A stretch of DNA of 64,000 nucleotides. Origin: Sphyrna mokarran (taxonomy: Eukaryota). How positions within the stretch are numbered: position 1 is the stretch's first letter; each line of letters begins with the position of its first letter. The notes under the pieces were generated by a model, which worked only from the letters and a program-made list of their open reading frames with translations, made no database searches and was not told the DNA's origin. Position numbers and translations under genes: made by a program. The stretch is from assembly GCA_024679065.1 (NCBI GenBank), contig JAGIQG010000008.1:96782001-96846000 (forward strand). Reading direction: 5' to 3'. Shown here piece after piece: positions 52,848-64,000 of this stretch.

Positions 52848-53200
52848 AGGCAATGGCTGAGTGGTATGATAGCTAGACTATTAATCCAGAAACTCAGCTA
52901 ATACTTTGGGGACCTGGGTTCAAATCCAACCATGGCAGATGATGGAATTAGAATTCAAAAAAAAATCTGGAATTAAGAATCTACTGATGATCATGTAACC
53001 ATTGTCAACTGCTGGAAAAAACCAACTGGTCTACTAATGTTCTCATGGAAGGAAATCTGCCATTCTTACGTGGTCTGGCCTACATATGACTCAGAGCCAC
53101 AGCAATATAGTTGACTCTCAAACTGCCCTCAGGCAGTTAGGGATGGGCAATAAATGTTGGAAAGCCAGCTAAGCCCATGTTCCACAAATGAATAAAAAAA
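52848..53200 (+). mobile_element. tRNA-derived SINE
   Basis: A-box-like TGGCTGAGTGG, B-box GGTTCAAATCC, tail agggatgggcaataaatg...atgaataaaaaaa. Confidence 0.8.
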
Positions 53201-53773
53201 GTGCTAGACAACAAGGAGGACAGAGTGGAAGTGTGGCAGAGAATTAAAATGATAGGTGAGACAGGGTCATACTTGTGGATTTTCTTTACAGTGTACTTAA
53301 GATCTGTGGGTGTTATTTATGCCCATCCTGAATAGCCCTTGAGAAGGGCACTTTCATCAACTACTGCAGTCCCCCTGCTACCCCCACAATACACTTGGGT
53401 GGGAAGCTCCAGGGTTTATGACTGTGGATGAAAAGCAATGCATTTATGAGTCAGGGAACTATATGAGTTGGAGAGGAGTTTGCAGATAGTGGTGTTCTCT
53501 TGTGTCTGCTGTCTTTGTTCTTCAGAGGTCTCCAAACTACGGCCCGCAGGCCACATCCGGTCCACAGCTGGCCACATCTGGATCGGAATGTGGAGACCAC
53601 TGTTCTATATGGCAGAGATAACAGTCTGGAAGCTGCTGCTAAATAATCCTTGATGCTGTGAATCCTGAGGATGGTACACAATGTTGCCACTATGTGGACT
53701 GGTGGATGGAGTGAAATTCTCAGGTGGTGAATGTTGCCAATTACTCAGGCTGCATTGTCCTACATGGTATTTA

Positions 53774-54118
53774 GGGCATCACAGTGGCACAATGGTTAAC
53801 ATTGTTGACTCACAACACCAGGAACAGCTTTGGGTGACAGTGTGGAGTTTGTATGTTCTCCCTGTGTTGGCATGGGTTTCCTTCAGGTGACCTGGTTTCC
53901 TTACACAGTCCAAAGATGCACAAGGTAGGTGGAATGGCTGTACTAAATTGCCCTTAGTGTTCATTGATGTAGAGGTTAGAGGGATTAGTATGGTAAATGT
54001 GCATGTATATGGAATAGGCCTGAGGAGAGGGCCTGGATAAGATGCTCTTGTGGAGAGTCGGTGCAGATTCAATGGGCCAAATGTCCTCTTTCTGCACTAT
54101 AGGGTTTCTATGGTTCTG
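53774..54118 (+). mobile_element. HE1-type V-SINE with CR1/HER1-like tail
   Basis: Head gggcatcacagtggcacaatggtt, V-domain gtgtggagtttgtatgttctccctgtg..., tail atgggccaaatgtcctctttctgcactatagggtttctatg. Confidence 0.85.
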
Positions 54119-54969
54119 AGTGCTGCTGGAAATGCATTCTCCAGGCAAGTATTTGGCAAATCCCTGGCAACTCTTCAGGATGTACTTCATCACACTCTTG
54201 ACTTGTGGCTTTTACAAGATGGACAGAAGGTGTATTGCTTGCTACAGATTTGTCATGATTAGATTCTCTCTCGTTCGAATTGGTTTTAGTTTGTCACATG
54301 TGTGACATAAATGTTACTTGCTACTTATTGGTCCAAGCCTCAATTTTGTCCATGCCTCTTTTCACATTGATGTGGACTGCTTCATTATCATAATAATAAT
54401 GGAATGGAATTGTTTTGCAATGATCAGTGAATTTGTTTGTTTCTGATGTTATAATGGATAGTGTTGAAGATGGTTGGGCCTTGGCCACTGCCCACAGGAA
54501 CACTTGCATTGATGATATGGGATTGGAATGATTGACTTCCAAAAACCAAACCAATCATTCTTTATGCTGCAAATGACCAGTGAGAGTTTACCCCCAATCT
54601 TCATTGACTTGATTTTTTGAGGACTTCTCAGCCACACAGTCAAACAACCCAAATTATTCAGTAATCCCATCTCCATCAGTTTCTGAGGCAGAGAGTTCCA
54701 AAGCCACACAATCCTTTGACAAAAAAAAAATTCTCATCTTTGTCCCAAAAAGGAAACCCCTAACTTTATTAAGCAGGTCTTGCTAGTTCTGGACTCATCC
54801 ACAAGAGGAAACATCTTTTCCATGTGACCTTGTCAAGTCCATTCAGAGTCTTATTTCAATCAAGTCACTCCTCACTCTTCTAAAGTCCAGTGGAAATAAG
54901 CCCAATCTGTCTAATTTTTTCTCATTAGACAACCTGCTCATTCCAGGTATCAGGTAGATCTTTTCTGAC

Positions 54970-55270
54970 ACCAACTAAATAAACAAACTCAAATTAGCTT
55001 AGGGATAAATTAAAAGGGGAAGCCCCCTACAAAGAAAGGGGGGGAACGGCCTGAACAAAAAACAAAGTCGAAAGAAAACTTAAAAAGTTAAATCAAAAGG
55101 TGATTCTCGGGGTCTATAATTCACTCCAGCCCCTGCAATGCCCAATGGGTGTGGAAGGCATCAACTGCACCCATGAATACAGTATGCTCTTTCTCCAGGG
55201 ACACTTGGCCGCGAATGTAGCCGCAGTAGAGGGGCAGACAGTCAGGAGCATCAGTCAGATAAACATCATC
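54970..55270 (-). mobile_element. Tx1-like LINE 3' end
   Basis: PDCLPLYCGYIRGQVSLEKEH...DAFHTHWA resembles a Tx1-type ORF2 C-terminus; inserted within an antisense CR1 remnant (54650-55345). Confidence 0.55.
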
Positions 55271-55959
55271 GGAAACACCTCCAACGCATTCACATCTTTC
55301 CTTAAATAAGGACCCAAAGCTGCACAATAATTCAAATGCGGAATGAGGTTTTCACAGAAATTGGCAAAGGCTTTTAGCAGACATGTTTTAATGAGTTATC
55401 CTTATCCAATGAATGTGCAGGTGTGTCTCCACCCACTTGTGCTGGCCATACATGGCGAGGGGTCAGACTTCATCAAGCTTACAGCTTGAGTTTCCTTTCT
55501 TCTTGCTTCTTTATTCTCCTAATTATGTTCTTCAAAACTCCAAAATTTATCATTTTGAACTGATTAAAACACGTGCATTTCCGCACTTAGACACTGACCA
55601 TAGGCATATCATCTAAACTGGTTTATTATAGTTGCCTGACCTTCAAGTATTTCTCCTCAGCTTTTTTGACCCCATTTCATATCTAATTTCTGTCCATTTG
55701 ATCAATTTGAATGAATCCAGTTGACTTTATCACCCTTGTAAATCCAAAGACATTTGTTCCAAGAGAACAATCCACATATTTAGTCTGGAATTAAAAACCT
55801 TCTGTTCTGAAGTTAGTTATATTTCCCATTAGTCTTTTCTTTGCTTGGTCATTTTGCACTAAACAATAGCTCGCCAACTACAAACCTATCTTAATTTATC
55901 AAGCTAATGAATTCCTGCTGCCATCTCACAATGAGTCCCATAATTTTTTGAATGATCCA

Positions 55960-56115
55960 AGAGATGCTGGAAATCTGAAATAAAAACAGAAATTGTTGGA
56001 TAAACTCAGTGGGTCTGGCAGCATCTGTGGAGAGAAAAACAAAGTTAACACTCCTATTTTTATTTGCTGATGTTGCCAGACCTATTAAGTTTACCAGCAC
56101 TTTTTGTTTTATTTC
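55960..56115. repeat. Short fold-back of Penelope-type termini
   Basis: aaataaaaacagaaattgttggataaactcagtgggtctggcagcatc versus gatgttgccagacctattaagtttaccagcactttttgttttattt. Confidence 0.6.
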
Positions 56116-56957
56116 CTGTGTACTATGTCCTTTGTATCTATGATTTTTGTCTGGGATGGAGATAGTGTGATCTGATTAAAGTATTGTAAAGTTTCATTAT
56201 TACTTGCTTGGATTTATGTTCTGCTGTTATAGCTGTGTATGAGTTTTGTAGATTTCAGCTTTGTATTTGCTGGGTTTGTTCACAATCAAGTCCACTCAGA
56301 CTCTGCTCTCTTCAGCTTCATCCTTTACTATTTCAACATTGCCCAATTAGAACATTTATGTTTATTTTTCCTTCCTATACATTGCATGTTAACAGATTAT
56401 TAGGTTAATAGGGTCTGGATAATCCTCAAGCTTGCCCTGAATGATCAGTTGCATGCTTTTACAAACCATTATTTTAGGTTGATGGGCCTGCAGTTTTCTA
56501 TTATTGTTTCATGACTCTTTCTGGTTATTGCAGGCACCAGATTATTTTGTTTCAATCTTTTGGTAACCTCTCTAATGCTATAGACTCCATCATGATGATT
56601 ATCTCACGAAACTGCTCCCTAATCTCCCTGAGCACTCTGAGATAAATATCACTTACCCCTTTTGACTTATTTACTTCAAGCATTTTTAACATTTCTAAGA
56701 CATCCATCTGATTTTTACCTCCTTCATTTGAAATGTCCATCCTTGGGGAATGCAAGTTGCTTATGCCTTTCCTTGTGAACACTTGAAGTAGACTTCTATA
56801 ATTTACATTTTAATTCTCCTGCTTGGTCTTTATTCAAATTGTCGTGAAGAACTGAGTGTTAAAACTAATTCTGCTTGAGCACTCTTAAATATTACAGTTT
56901 TCTTTATGCTTTAAACCAATTAAAATATCTTTGTTTTTATGTTCTTAAATTCTACAG

Positions 56958-57059
56958 AATCACGTAATCATTCATATGTTATTGCAGCTGTGATCGGTGT
57001 TGTGCTAATATGTATAACATTTGCCTTTGGGATTTTTATTTGGAAAAGGTATTCAAAAG
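56958..57059 (+). CDS. NCR3LG1: B7-H6-like gene, transmembrane exon
   Basis: Acceptor ttctacag; ESRNHSY-VIAAVIGVVLICITFAFGIFIW-KRYSK, a hydrophobic span followed by a basic stop-transfer; donor G|GTAAG; 102 nt, phase 1. Confidence 0.88.
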
Positions 57060-58254
57060 GTAAGACACTGGTTTAATCTTATAAGTGAAAAAAATTATAA
57101 CCAATTTATTTTCTCTAGCTCGTATTTAGGCTACAGGAGTCGTAAGCAATGTCAGCATTTATTGTCCATCCCTCCTTGCCTCATAAAGATGCTGGTGAAC
57201 CTCCATCTTGAATTCCTAAAGTTGCCTGATGACAGAACTCCCATAATGCTCTTGGTTAGGATGATCTAGAATTTTTAGCCAATGGTGATGAAGAAACACA
57301 ATATCATAATTATGTCATGATGGTGATTTAGGAAGGAACGTGGAGGCGTGAGCTTATGGATTTGGAAGAAATTGCTGAAGACGCCATTCCAAGGTGCAGT
57401 CATTCAAACTGCAGATAGCAAACAGGACTGCTTTAGAGTGGGTGGATCTTTAAACATTATTATCATGGTGGTTATAGTCACAGTAATTAAGGAGCAGTCT
57501 GTATGGTTGGATTAATTTTTCAAAAGCTCAATCTTCCAGTTGTATTTGAGGAGGCATAAACTTGGAATTTAAGCTTATTTATCTTTTTATTATGGCCAGT
57601 TTTATTTCAACAATACAGTTTAAAATTTTTCAACATTATTTGAATGAAGGCATATAAACCAGCTATGGCTCAGCCAGTGGCAATATTCCTATCTCTATGG
57701 AAGAAAGTTGAGATTTCAAACAACATCCCAAAGACTTGATTGGAAAATCTAGTCCTGATGTTGTATTCAACATCCTCAATTTATGCCTCAATTAACACCA
57801 CTTAAAAACGTAGACTAGGATTTTCCTTTGGGAGAGATGATTGTTCGGTTGTGATTGAGTTTCAGTGGGAAGAGCCTATATGCTGATTGGAAATTTTCAG
57901 TTAGCATCAGCAGAATGGCTTCAATAGGCCTCTAAGTGGATCTAATAGGCCCTCCATCTACCACTTATCAGAATATGATGGCAGACTGATTGCTAGTAGG
58001 AAATAATGGTCTGTCTTCCTCTGATCCCATCTCTAGAGCTGAATAAAAACTAGTTCCCTACAGTTGACTAATTCTGGAATGACACACGATACATTGCATT
58101 TAAAGAAATTATGTTGATAATGCTTTTGGGTTTATTGTGATTTATTGTGTTCACATCAGTTGGGGGTAATATTGTTTGTAAGAAGATTTTCACATTAAAT
58201 GACAATATGCAGCCAGGGCATGCTTTCAACATATTATTAAGCCATTACAACTCG

Positions 58255-58770
58255 ACACAACTCCTCTCCATGCTGCCTCTGTACCATCCCCTGTAATGCT
58301 ATTTCCATCTCATGCATTTTCATTTTCTAGGAAAATTTTTCTATATTGTTGTCTCTTTCCCATGCCATTTCCATCCTCTGCAACTTAATTCTTTGCATGT
58401 CGTCCCCTTCTTCCCAAGTCTGCAATTCTATTGCCATCCATCTTTCCGATGCCATCCCCTCTCTACCATGGCATTGTCATCCCATTCTATTCTGTCCTGT
58501 CCATGTCACCACTCCAGTGCCACCACTTTCCTCCCACTTCTCCTGTGCCATCCCCATCCCAGGCATTCCATTTTTCCAATTCCTTCCCCACACAATTCCC
58601 TTGCACCCAAGACACTCTTCTCCCATCTCAAGCTATTTCATCCTTTCCATGTCACTGCTTCAATGCCACTCTCTCCCTCTCATTTCACCCATGCCATCCT
58701 GATCCGAAGCCATTCCATTCATTTCATGCCACCCTCTCGTCACCTCTCTAAGCCAAACCCATCCCATGGA
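58255..58770. repeat. Pyrimidine-rich low-complexity CCAT/TCC tract
   Basis: Recurrent ccat(c/g/t) units with a strong C/T skew. Confidence 0.7.
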
Positions 58771-59149
58771 TTTATATCAGTATGTTTGGTGTAATGTAAA
58801 TGGAGGAATATGAATGAAGTCTACTTGCAAATTTAATCTTGGTATTTATTAATTAATGACACTTTGTATTTCAAAATTTTATTATGTGAGGAAATGCTGA
58901 AGATTAAGGAGAAATTGACTGGAGTTTAGATGGCCATGCTACTAGCATGAAAATACCAATCTTAATTTTTACTTCAGTAATTATAAAGGTGTAAGTCTAT
59001 TTTACAAATGTTGATTTGTGGGATGTATTTCTCTTTTAACATAATCAAAAAAATTGACTGATTGAAGTTTATGAATATTTCCAAAGGCAGGGAAATGCTG
59101 TGGTTTGGGGAAAAGATCCAGAGAACAAGGTTGCATCAAAGTTTAACAC

Positions 59150-61173
59150 AACCAATGGTGGTATTTAGTAAAGTTTGTGCAGTGGTGACCATTTACTGAT
59201 TTCTCAGGATTGATCATCACAATGAAAAGTTTGGACTCAGGGTACAATTCTCCCATCTGAGACTAAGTCCCATGGTGGAGCTAGGGATGGGGTGTATCAC
59301 CCATTGCAGAGGCCAACAGAAAGGAGAAAGGACAGGAGGAAGATATTTTGGCTGAGAAAGGGGTGGTATGGGGGATGGGATCAGAAAGATGGATGGCAGT
59401 GGCATTGGAGAAATGGAAAAGAATAAAAGAAAAAAATGCATTTTCTTCAGGTTTACTTTTCAGTTTATCAATCAGATGCTCCCAATTTCTACAGTTAGAA
59501 ATTAATCCCTAAAACTAAAAGTTGTGTTGTAAAACATATACACTTTGAATGAGATATTCACAACAAAGTATTAGGTTGAATACTTAAATCTTCATTATTT
59601 TATGTAATGTTTATTTTCTCATATATTTATATTCTATCCAGGTCAAAATCAAGGTGACGAAGAAACGCAAACATTTCTGCCGGAAAGCTCACATGACCCA
59701 GGCAGACCAGAAACTGAAACAAGTAAGACATTAACCATTTGTACCATCCATTATCTCTCATTTATCCATCTGAATCTCTATTTATCTGTTACTCAGGTAA
59801 AATGTAAGTTTACATTTGAAGTTTTCATTCTCCAAGTTCAATGACATCAGGGCACTCAAATTTAATACACAGGGACATACAAATTTGGAGGAAGAGTTCA
59901 TCATTCATCCCTTTGAACCTGCTCCAAGTTCATAAAATCATGGCTGATCTGATTGTAACCTTAACTCTACATTCCTGCCTGCCCCTGATAACCTTTCACT
60001 CCTTGTTTATCAGGAATCTATTTAACTTGGCCTTACAAATATTCAAAGACTCTGCTTCCACCATCTTTTCAGGAACAGAACTCCAAAGACCCATGATTGT
60101 TTGAGAGAAAACAATTCTCCTCAATTCTACGTTAAATGGGCCACATCTTATTTTTAAACACTCAGCCAGACCAATCAGACTAAAGCCACCGAGATGTTGC
60201 TGCTGCTAAACAAATTTAATGTCAGTGTCATGTTGGGAAAAAGAGCAACCCACAGGTTTCCATCTCAGTGATTTGGAATCTCACCATTGACTATTACAAG
60301 AATATAATCAGATAACTCTTATTTTGTGTCTTTTGATAAACTATTTGGGTATGAATTCTAACTTTTAGTTTTTATAATTATGTCAGGATTTTACCAGTTT
60401 TCTGATTTGGAAAGAATCTTATGTTTCTGCGCCGTAAATGACAATCAACTAAGCCATGAATTTCAATGAGAAACTTCAAAAATGCTTCAGAAAAGGTCAT
60501 GGCAGATAACTGTGGCACAACCTCTTGATAAATTTCATTATTGAAGTGGTTGCATGTCTGTTTAGGAAGTACCACAATGCTTGGATTTTTTAGGCATATA
60601 GTGGATCCCAAGATCAGCATCAAATGTGTGAGCCCATGTTGGTGGAGGGACGGGTCAGCAGAGACTTTTATTAGCCTCAGTTCCCGATTTGCTGCCTCAG
60701 CTCACAGCCAGTATTACAAATAACCAGTACTGAGGCTGGAAGAGGAAAGAAAGGGCAACATCACTTTAAACTGCCCTTTATCATTGTGACATGTATTAGT
60801 ATACAGTGAAAAGTATTGTTTGTTGTGTGCTATATAGACAAAGCACCCCGTACATAGAGAAGGAAAGAAGAGGTGGAGACTGTAATAATGGTATTCAGTA
60901 AAGTTTGTGCAGTGGTTTTACTGATTCTTTGGATTGATCACCACAATAAAAGCTTGGTCTCAGTGTACAATTCTCCCATCTGGGACTAAGTTCCATAATG
61001 GGGCCAAGGATGGCAGTATTACCCACTGCAGAGGCCAACAGAAAACAGAAAGGACAGGAAGAAGATATTTTGGGTGAGAAGAAGGTGATATTGGGGGGAT
61101 GGGATCAGAAAGATGGATGGTAGTGGCATTGAAGAAATGGAAAAGAATAAAAGAAAAATGCATTCTTTTCAGG
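59150..61173 (+). repeat. Local direct duplication, ~59150-59452 and ~60888-61173
   Basis: Shared gtaaagtttgtgcagtggt...tacaattctcccatctg...tgcagaggccaacagaaa...gggatcagaaagatggatgg...gaaatggaaaagaataaaagaaaa. Confidence 0.9.
59642..59722 (+). CDS. NCR3LG1: B7-H6-like gene, cytoplasmic exon (no stop yet; further exon(s) expected)
   Basis: Acceptor ttctatccag after a long T-rich tract; GQNQGDEETQTFLPESSHDPGRPETET; donor A|GTAAG; 81 nt, phase 1/1. Confidence 0.75.
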
Positions 61174-62617
61174 ATCTTCAGGGGCCTCAACTGTTTACCA
61201 TTTACATAGATGATGCGGAGGAGAGGGCTGAGAGTATGGTAGCAAAATTTGCTGATGACACGAAGATGAGTGGAAAAGCAAATTGCGTGGAAGGTGCGGA
61301 AAGTCTGCAGAGAGATCTGGATAGGCTGAGTGAGTGGGTGAGGACCTGGCAGATGGAGTACAATATTAGCAAATGTGAGATTATCCACTTTGGTAGAAAT
61401 AATAATAGGAGGGATTATTATTTAAAAGGCAAAAAGCTGCAGCGTGCTACGGTGCAGAGGGACCTGGGGGTCCTTGTGCACAAATTGCAAAAACCCAATC
61501 TGCAGGTGCAGCAGGTGATCAAGGAAGTGAATGGAATACAAAGAACAAAGAGCAACACAGCACAGGAAACAGGCCCTTCGGCCCAACGAGCCCGCGCCGC
61601 CGTCCTAATGTCTTAATGACATATAGGGACCAATCTAGGGAAAATTTGTTGCCCAATCAGCCTAAGAGCACATTTTTGAGATGTGGGAGGAAACCGGAGC
61701 ACCCGGAGAAAACCCACGCAACCACAGGGAGAACGCGCAAACTCCCGCAGACACAGGCCCAAATCCATGTGTCTGCACAGCAACAATGATAGTCTCTGAG
61801 CTGTCATGTTGCCCATCTGATGGTCCAGTTTAAGCATACACTAACGAGCACTAGGCCACTCCTGAAGCAACATTGAAGAGCAGCCCTCGCACGACCTGCC
61901 GAATGCATGGACCGAATAACCTGTGGAAACAAATAAGATATTTAGACAGTCCTGCTACATTCCTCTATCTGCAGACCGCTCATGTGGCCTTTATAGCGAG
62001 GGGGATAGAATATAAAAGTAGGGACGTCTTGCGGAAACTGTACAGGGTACTGGTGAGGCCACAACTGGAGTAATGTGTGCAGTTTTGGTCGCTGCATTTG
62101 CAGAAGGATATATTGGCCTTGGAGGGAGTGCAGACAAGGTTCACTAGGCTGATATCGGAAATGAGGGGGTTAGCCTATGAGGAGAGATTGAACAGACAGG
62201 GTCTGTACTTGTTGGATTTTAGAAGGGGGGATCTTATAGAGACAGATAAGATTCTGAAGGGGTTAAACTGTGTAGAGATAGAGAGATTCTTCCTGCTTAG
62301 AAAGGATAGCAGAACTAGAGGGCACAGCCTCAAAATAAGGGGGGAGGGGAGCAGTTTAGATCAGAGTTGAGGAGGAATTTCTTCACTCAAAGGGTGTGAG
62401 TCTCTGGAATTTTCTGGCCATTGAAGTGGTGGAGGCTACCTCGCTGAATATATTGAAGTCATGGTTAGATAGGTTTCTAATAGACAAGGGAATTAAGGGT
62501 TATGGGGAGAAAGCGGGAAAGTGGAACTGATCCACTTCAGATCAGCCATGATCTTGTTGAATGGTGGGGCAGGCTCGAAGGGCTAGATGGCTTACTCCTG
62601 CTCCTGTTTCTTATGTT
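61174..62617 (+). mobile_element. 5'-truncated CR1 interrupted by an antisense CR1 3' end
   Basis: GPQLFTIYIDD..KFADDTK, KEVNG|AFIARGIEYKS; tail ctcctgtttcttatgttc. Confidence 0.92.
61538..61988 (-). mobile_element. CR1 3' end with V-SINE-containing 3' UTR (second copy)
   Basis: Minus strand reads HMSGLQIEECSRTV* (compare HMSGMQIEGYSRTV* at 8027), followed by a UTR colinear with 7548-8026. Confidence 0.92.
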
Positions 62618-62634
62618 CACAACAAAGTATTAGG

Positions 62635-63402
62635 CCGATCTGTCAACGCTGCAATCCCACAATGCTGGCTATGTGACACCATCCCCTAGCCCCGGCAGCC
62701 TCAATCTCCCACCCTCCCCATCCCCCCTCTCCCGTTTTTGTCCTCAGTAGCCCCATAGCCACCCCTACCTCCATCCCCGCAGTACCTAACACTACTGCCT
62801 CCCTCAGCACTGCCAACCACTCAGCAGGCTGCTCCCATCCCAATGACTGGCCTTCCTCTCTCCCCCCACCAATCCTGGCTGCAAAATTGCAGCATGATCC
62901 CCTGCCTTCAATAGGCCCTACCCGTAGGCACTGCCCTATGTCTGGTGGGCAGTAACAATGTGCCTTCTGGGCATTGGCACTTTCCCCCTTGGGCAGTGTC
63001 ATCGGGTCCGGACTGGGACTGTTAAGGTGCCAATGTCCGGGGGGATCCTCTTGGTTCCCAAACATTCTGAGGCCTTAACGCCTCCCCCCCACTTCACTCC
63101 AGCTGGATCAGGCCACTAGCTCTCCATTGGTGGGGGCTATCATGGTCCCTCTTGGAGTGAAATATTCTGGTCCTGGAGATTTCAGTCCTGGGCCTGCGAA
63201 TTGCATGCAAGTTACATTAAAATTAGAGCTGCATAAATTATTCAGTTCCACGCCTATTTCCAGCACGAAGCTAATGGCATCAGAAATCCAGCACTGGGAG
63301 ACGCTCTCAAGACCAGATGCCATTTGGGGATGGTGTCACATAGCGTGGATTGCACTATTTGACTGCCACTTCAATCTCCTGGACCATTGCGCTGAGAATC
63401 CG
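62635..63402. mobile_element. Non-autonomous DNA transposon, partial (GGCAGTGCC family)
   Basis: ggagatttcagtcctgggcc and tgggcagtg blocks shared with 14230-14720; end ctgagaatccg. Confidence 0.5.
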
Positions 63403-64000
63403 TGTTATCTTTCAATATTGATAAATTGCATTATCATTACTGTTTCTGCACTTTTACACAATGTGCACAATGTCCTTTAGATTGTTTATAGATTTTTGTG
63501 CATTAATGAAGGATCACAGGCTCCCTACACAAAAGACAAAAGCATTACTGAAAAAAGAAAGTCAGGTGCCATTCTGTGTAACTGCATCATCACATGACAT
63601 CACTTATTAACCACACCATCAGCTTCTGGTTGCACAACACACATGTCCATCACTCACCCAACAGCACTTCCGGACACTGAGGACATATATCGTACGTCAA
63701 GATACTTCTCAACTTTCACTCACACACTATCAATGAAGCTACTACCCTGTTACCCATTTTTTTGTGCTCTCCAGAGCTCCAGCTATTCACCTGTGGCAGA
63801 CATGGCACCCAAGCATATTATTACACAATTACTACTGTTCTTCACTCATTATTGCAGGGCAAAAGCATAGAGTTGGGAGACACAAGGATATTTACACCGC
63901 CTGAGCTGTGGAGAGATGACGGTTCTCTGCATCATGCAGTATTGTAGCAACAGGAGGTCTATCTGCAGACGAACCGTCTTTTGTATTTGGAACAGGTCAA

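Noticed and set aside
52848-52935. tRNA gene
   Set aside because: The A/B boxes belong to a SINE head followed by SINE body and tail; no cloverleaf.
58312-58794. Three overlapping 106-160 aa ORFs
   Set aside because: By-product of a stop-poor C/T-rich low-complexity tract inside an intron.
60387-60470. Candidate terminal exon of the B7-H6-like gene (also one near 63492)
   Set aside because: Acceptors are weak and the peptides have no recognisable motif; cannot be supported without cDNA.

Overview
This is vertebrate genomic DNA, most likely from a shark or other elasmobranch (inferred from HE1-type V-SINEs, CR1/HER1-type LINE tails and the Penelope, Rex1 and Harbinger families present). It is not microbial: there is no CRISPR array, rRNA or operon. 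Two spliced host genes point away from each other. (1) On the minus strand, five in-frame exons (7384 down to 1757) encode the N-terminal part of an IPNS-like 2-oxoglutarate/Fe(II) dioxygenase with an HSD iron motif; no further exon was found, so it probably continues beyond the left edge. (2) On the plus strand, five phase-1 exons (40098-59722) encode a B7-H6/NCR3LG1-like protein (signal peptide, IgV, IgC1, TM, cytoplasmic tail), with an IRF-type site about 75 bp upstream of the ATG. Most of the rest is nested transposons: CR1, L2, Rex1/Babar, Tx1-like, Penelope (one with a hammerhead motif), V-SINEs, a Harbinger-type element carrying a Myb/SANT gene, and related non-autonomous elements. The most unusual observations are: a CR1 subfamily, present as two independent copies, whose 3' UTR contains a decayed V-SINE plus a conserved splice-acceptor-like motif just after the ORF2 stop; four CR1-into-CR1 insertions, all antisense; a roughly 180-bp-arm inverted repeat in the first coding intron of the dioxygenase; and a local duplication around the B7-H6 cytoplasmic exon. 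Family assignments come from motif recognition by eye; no database searches were run.
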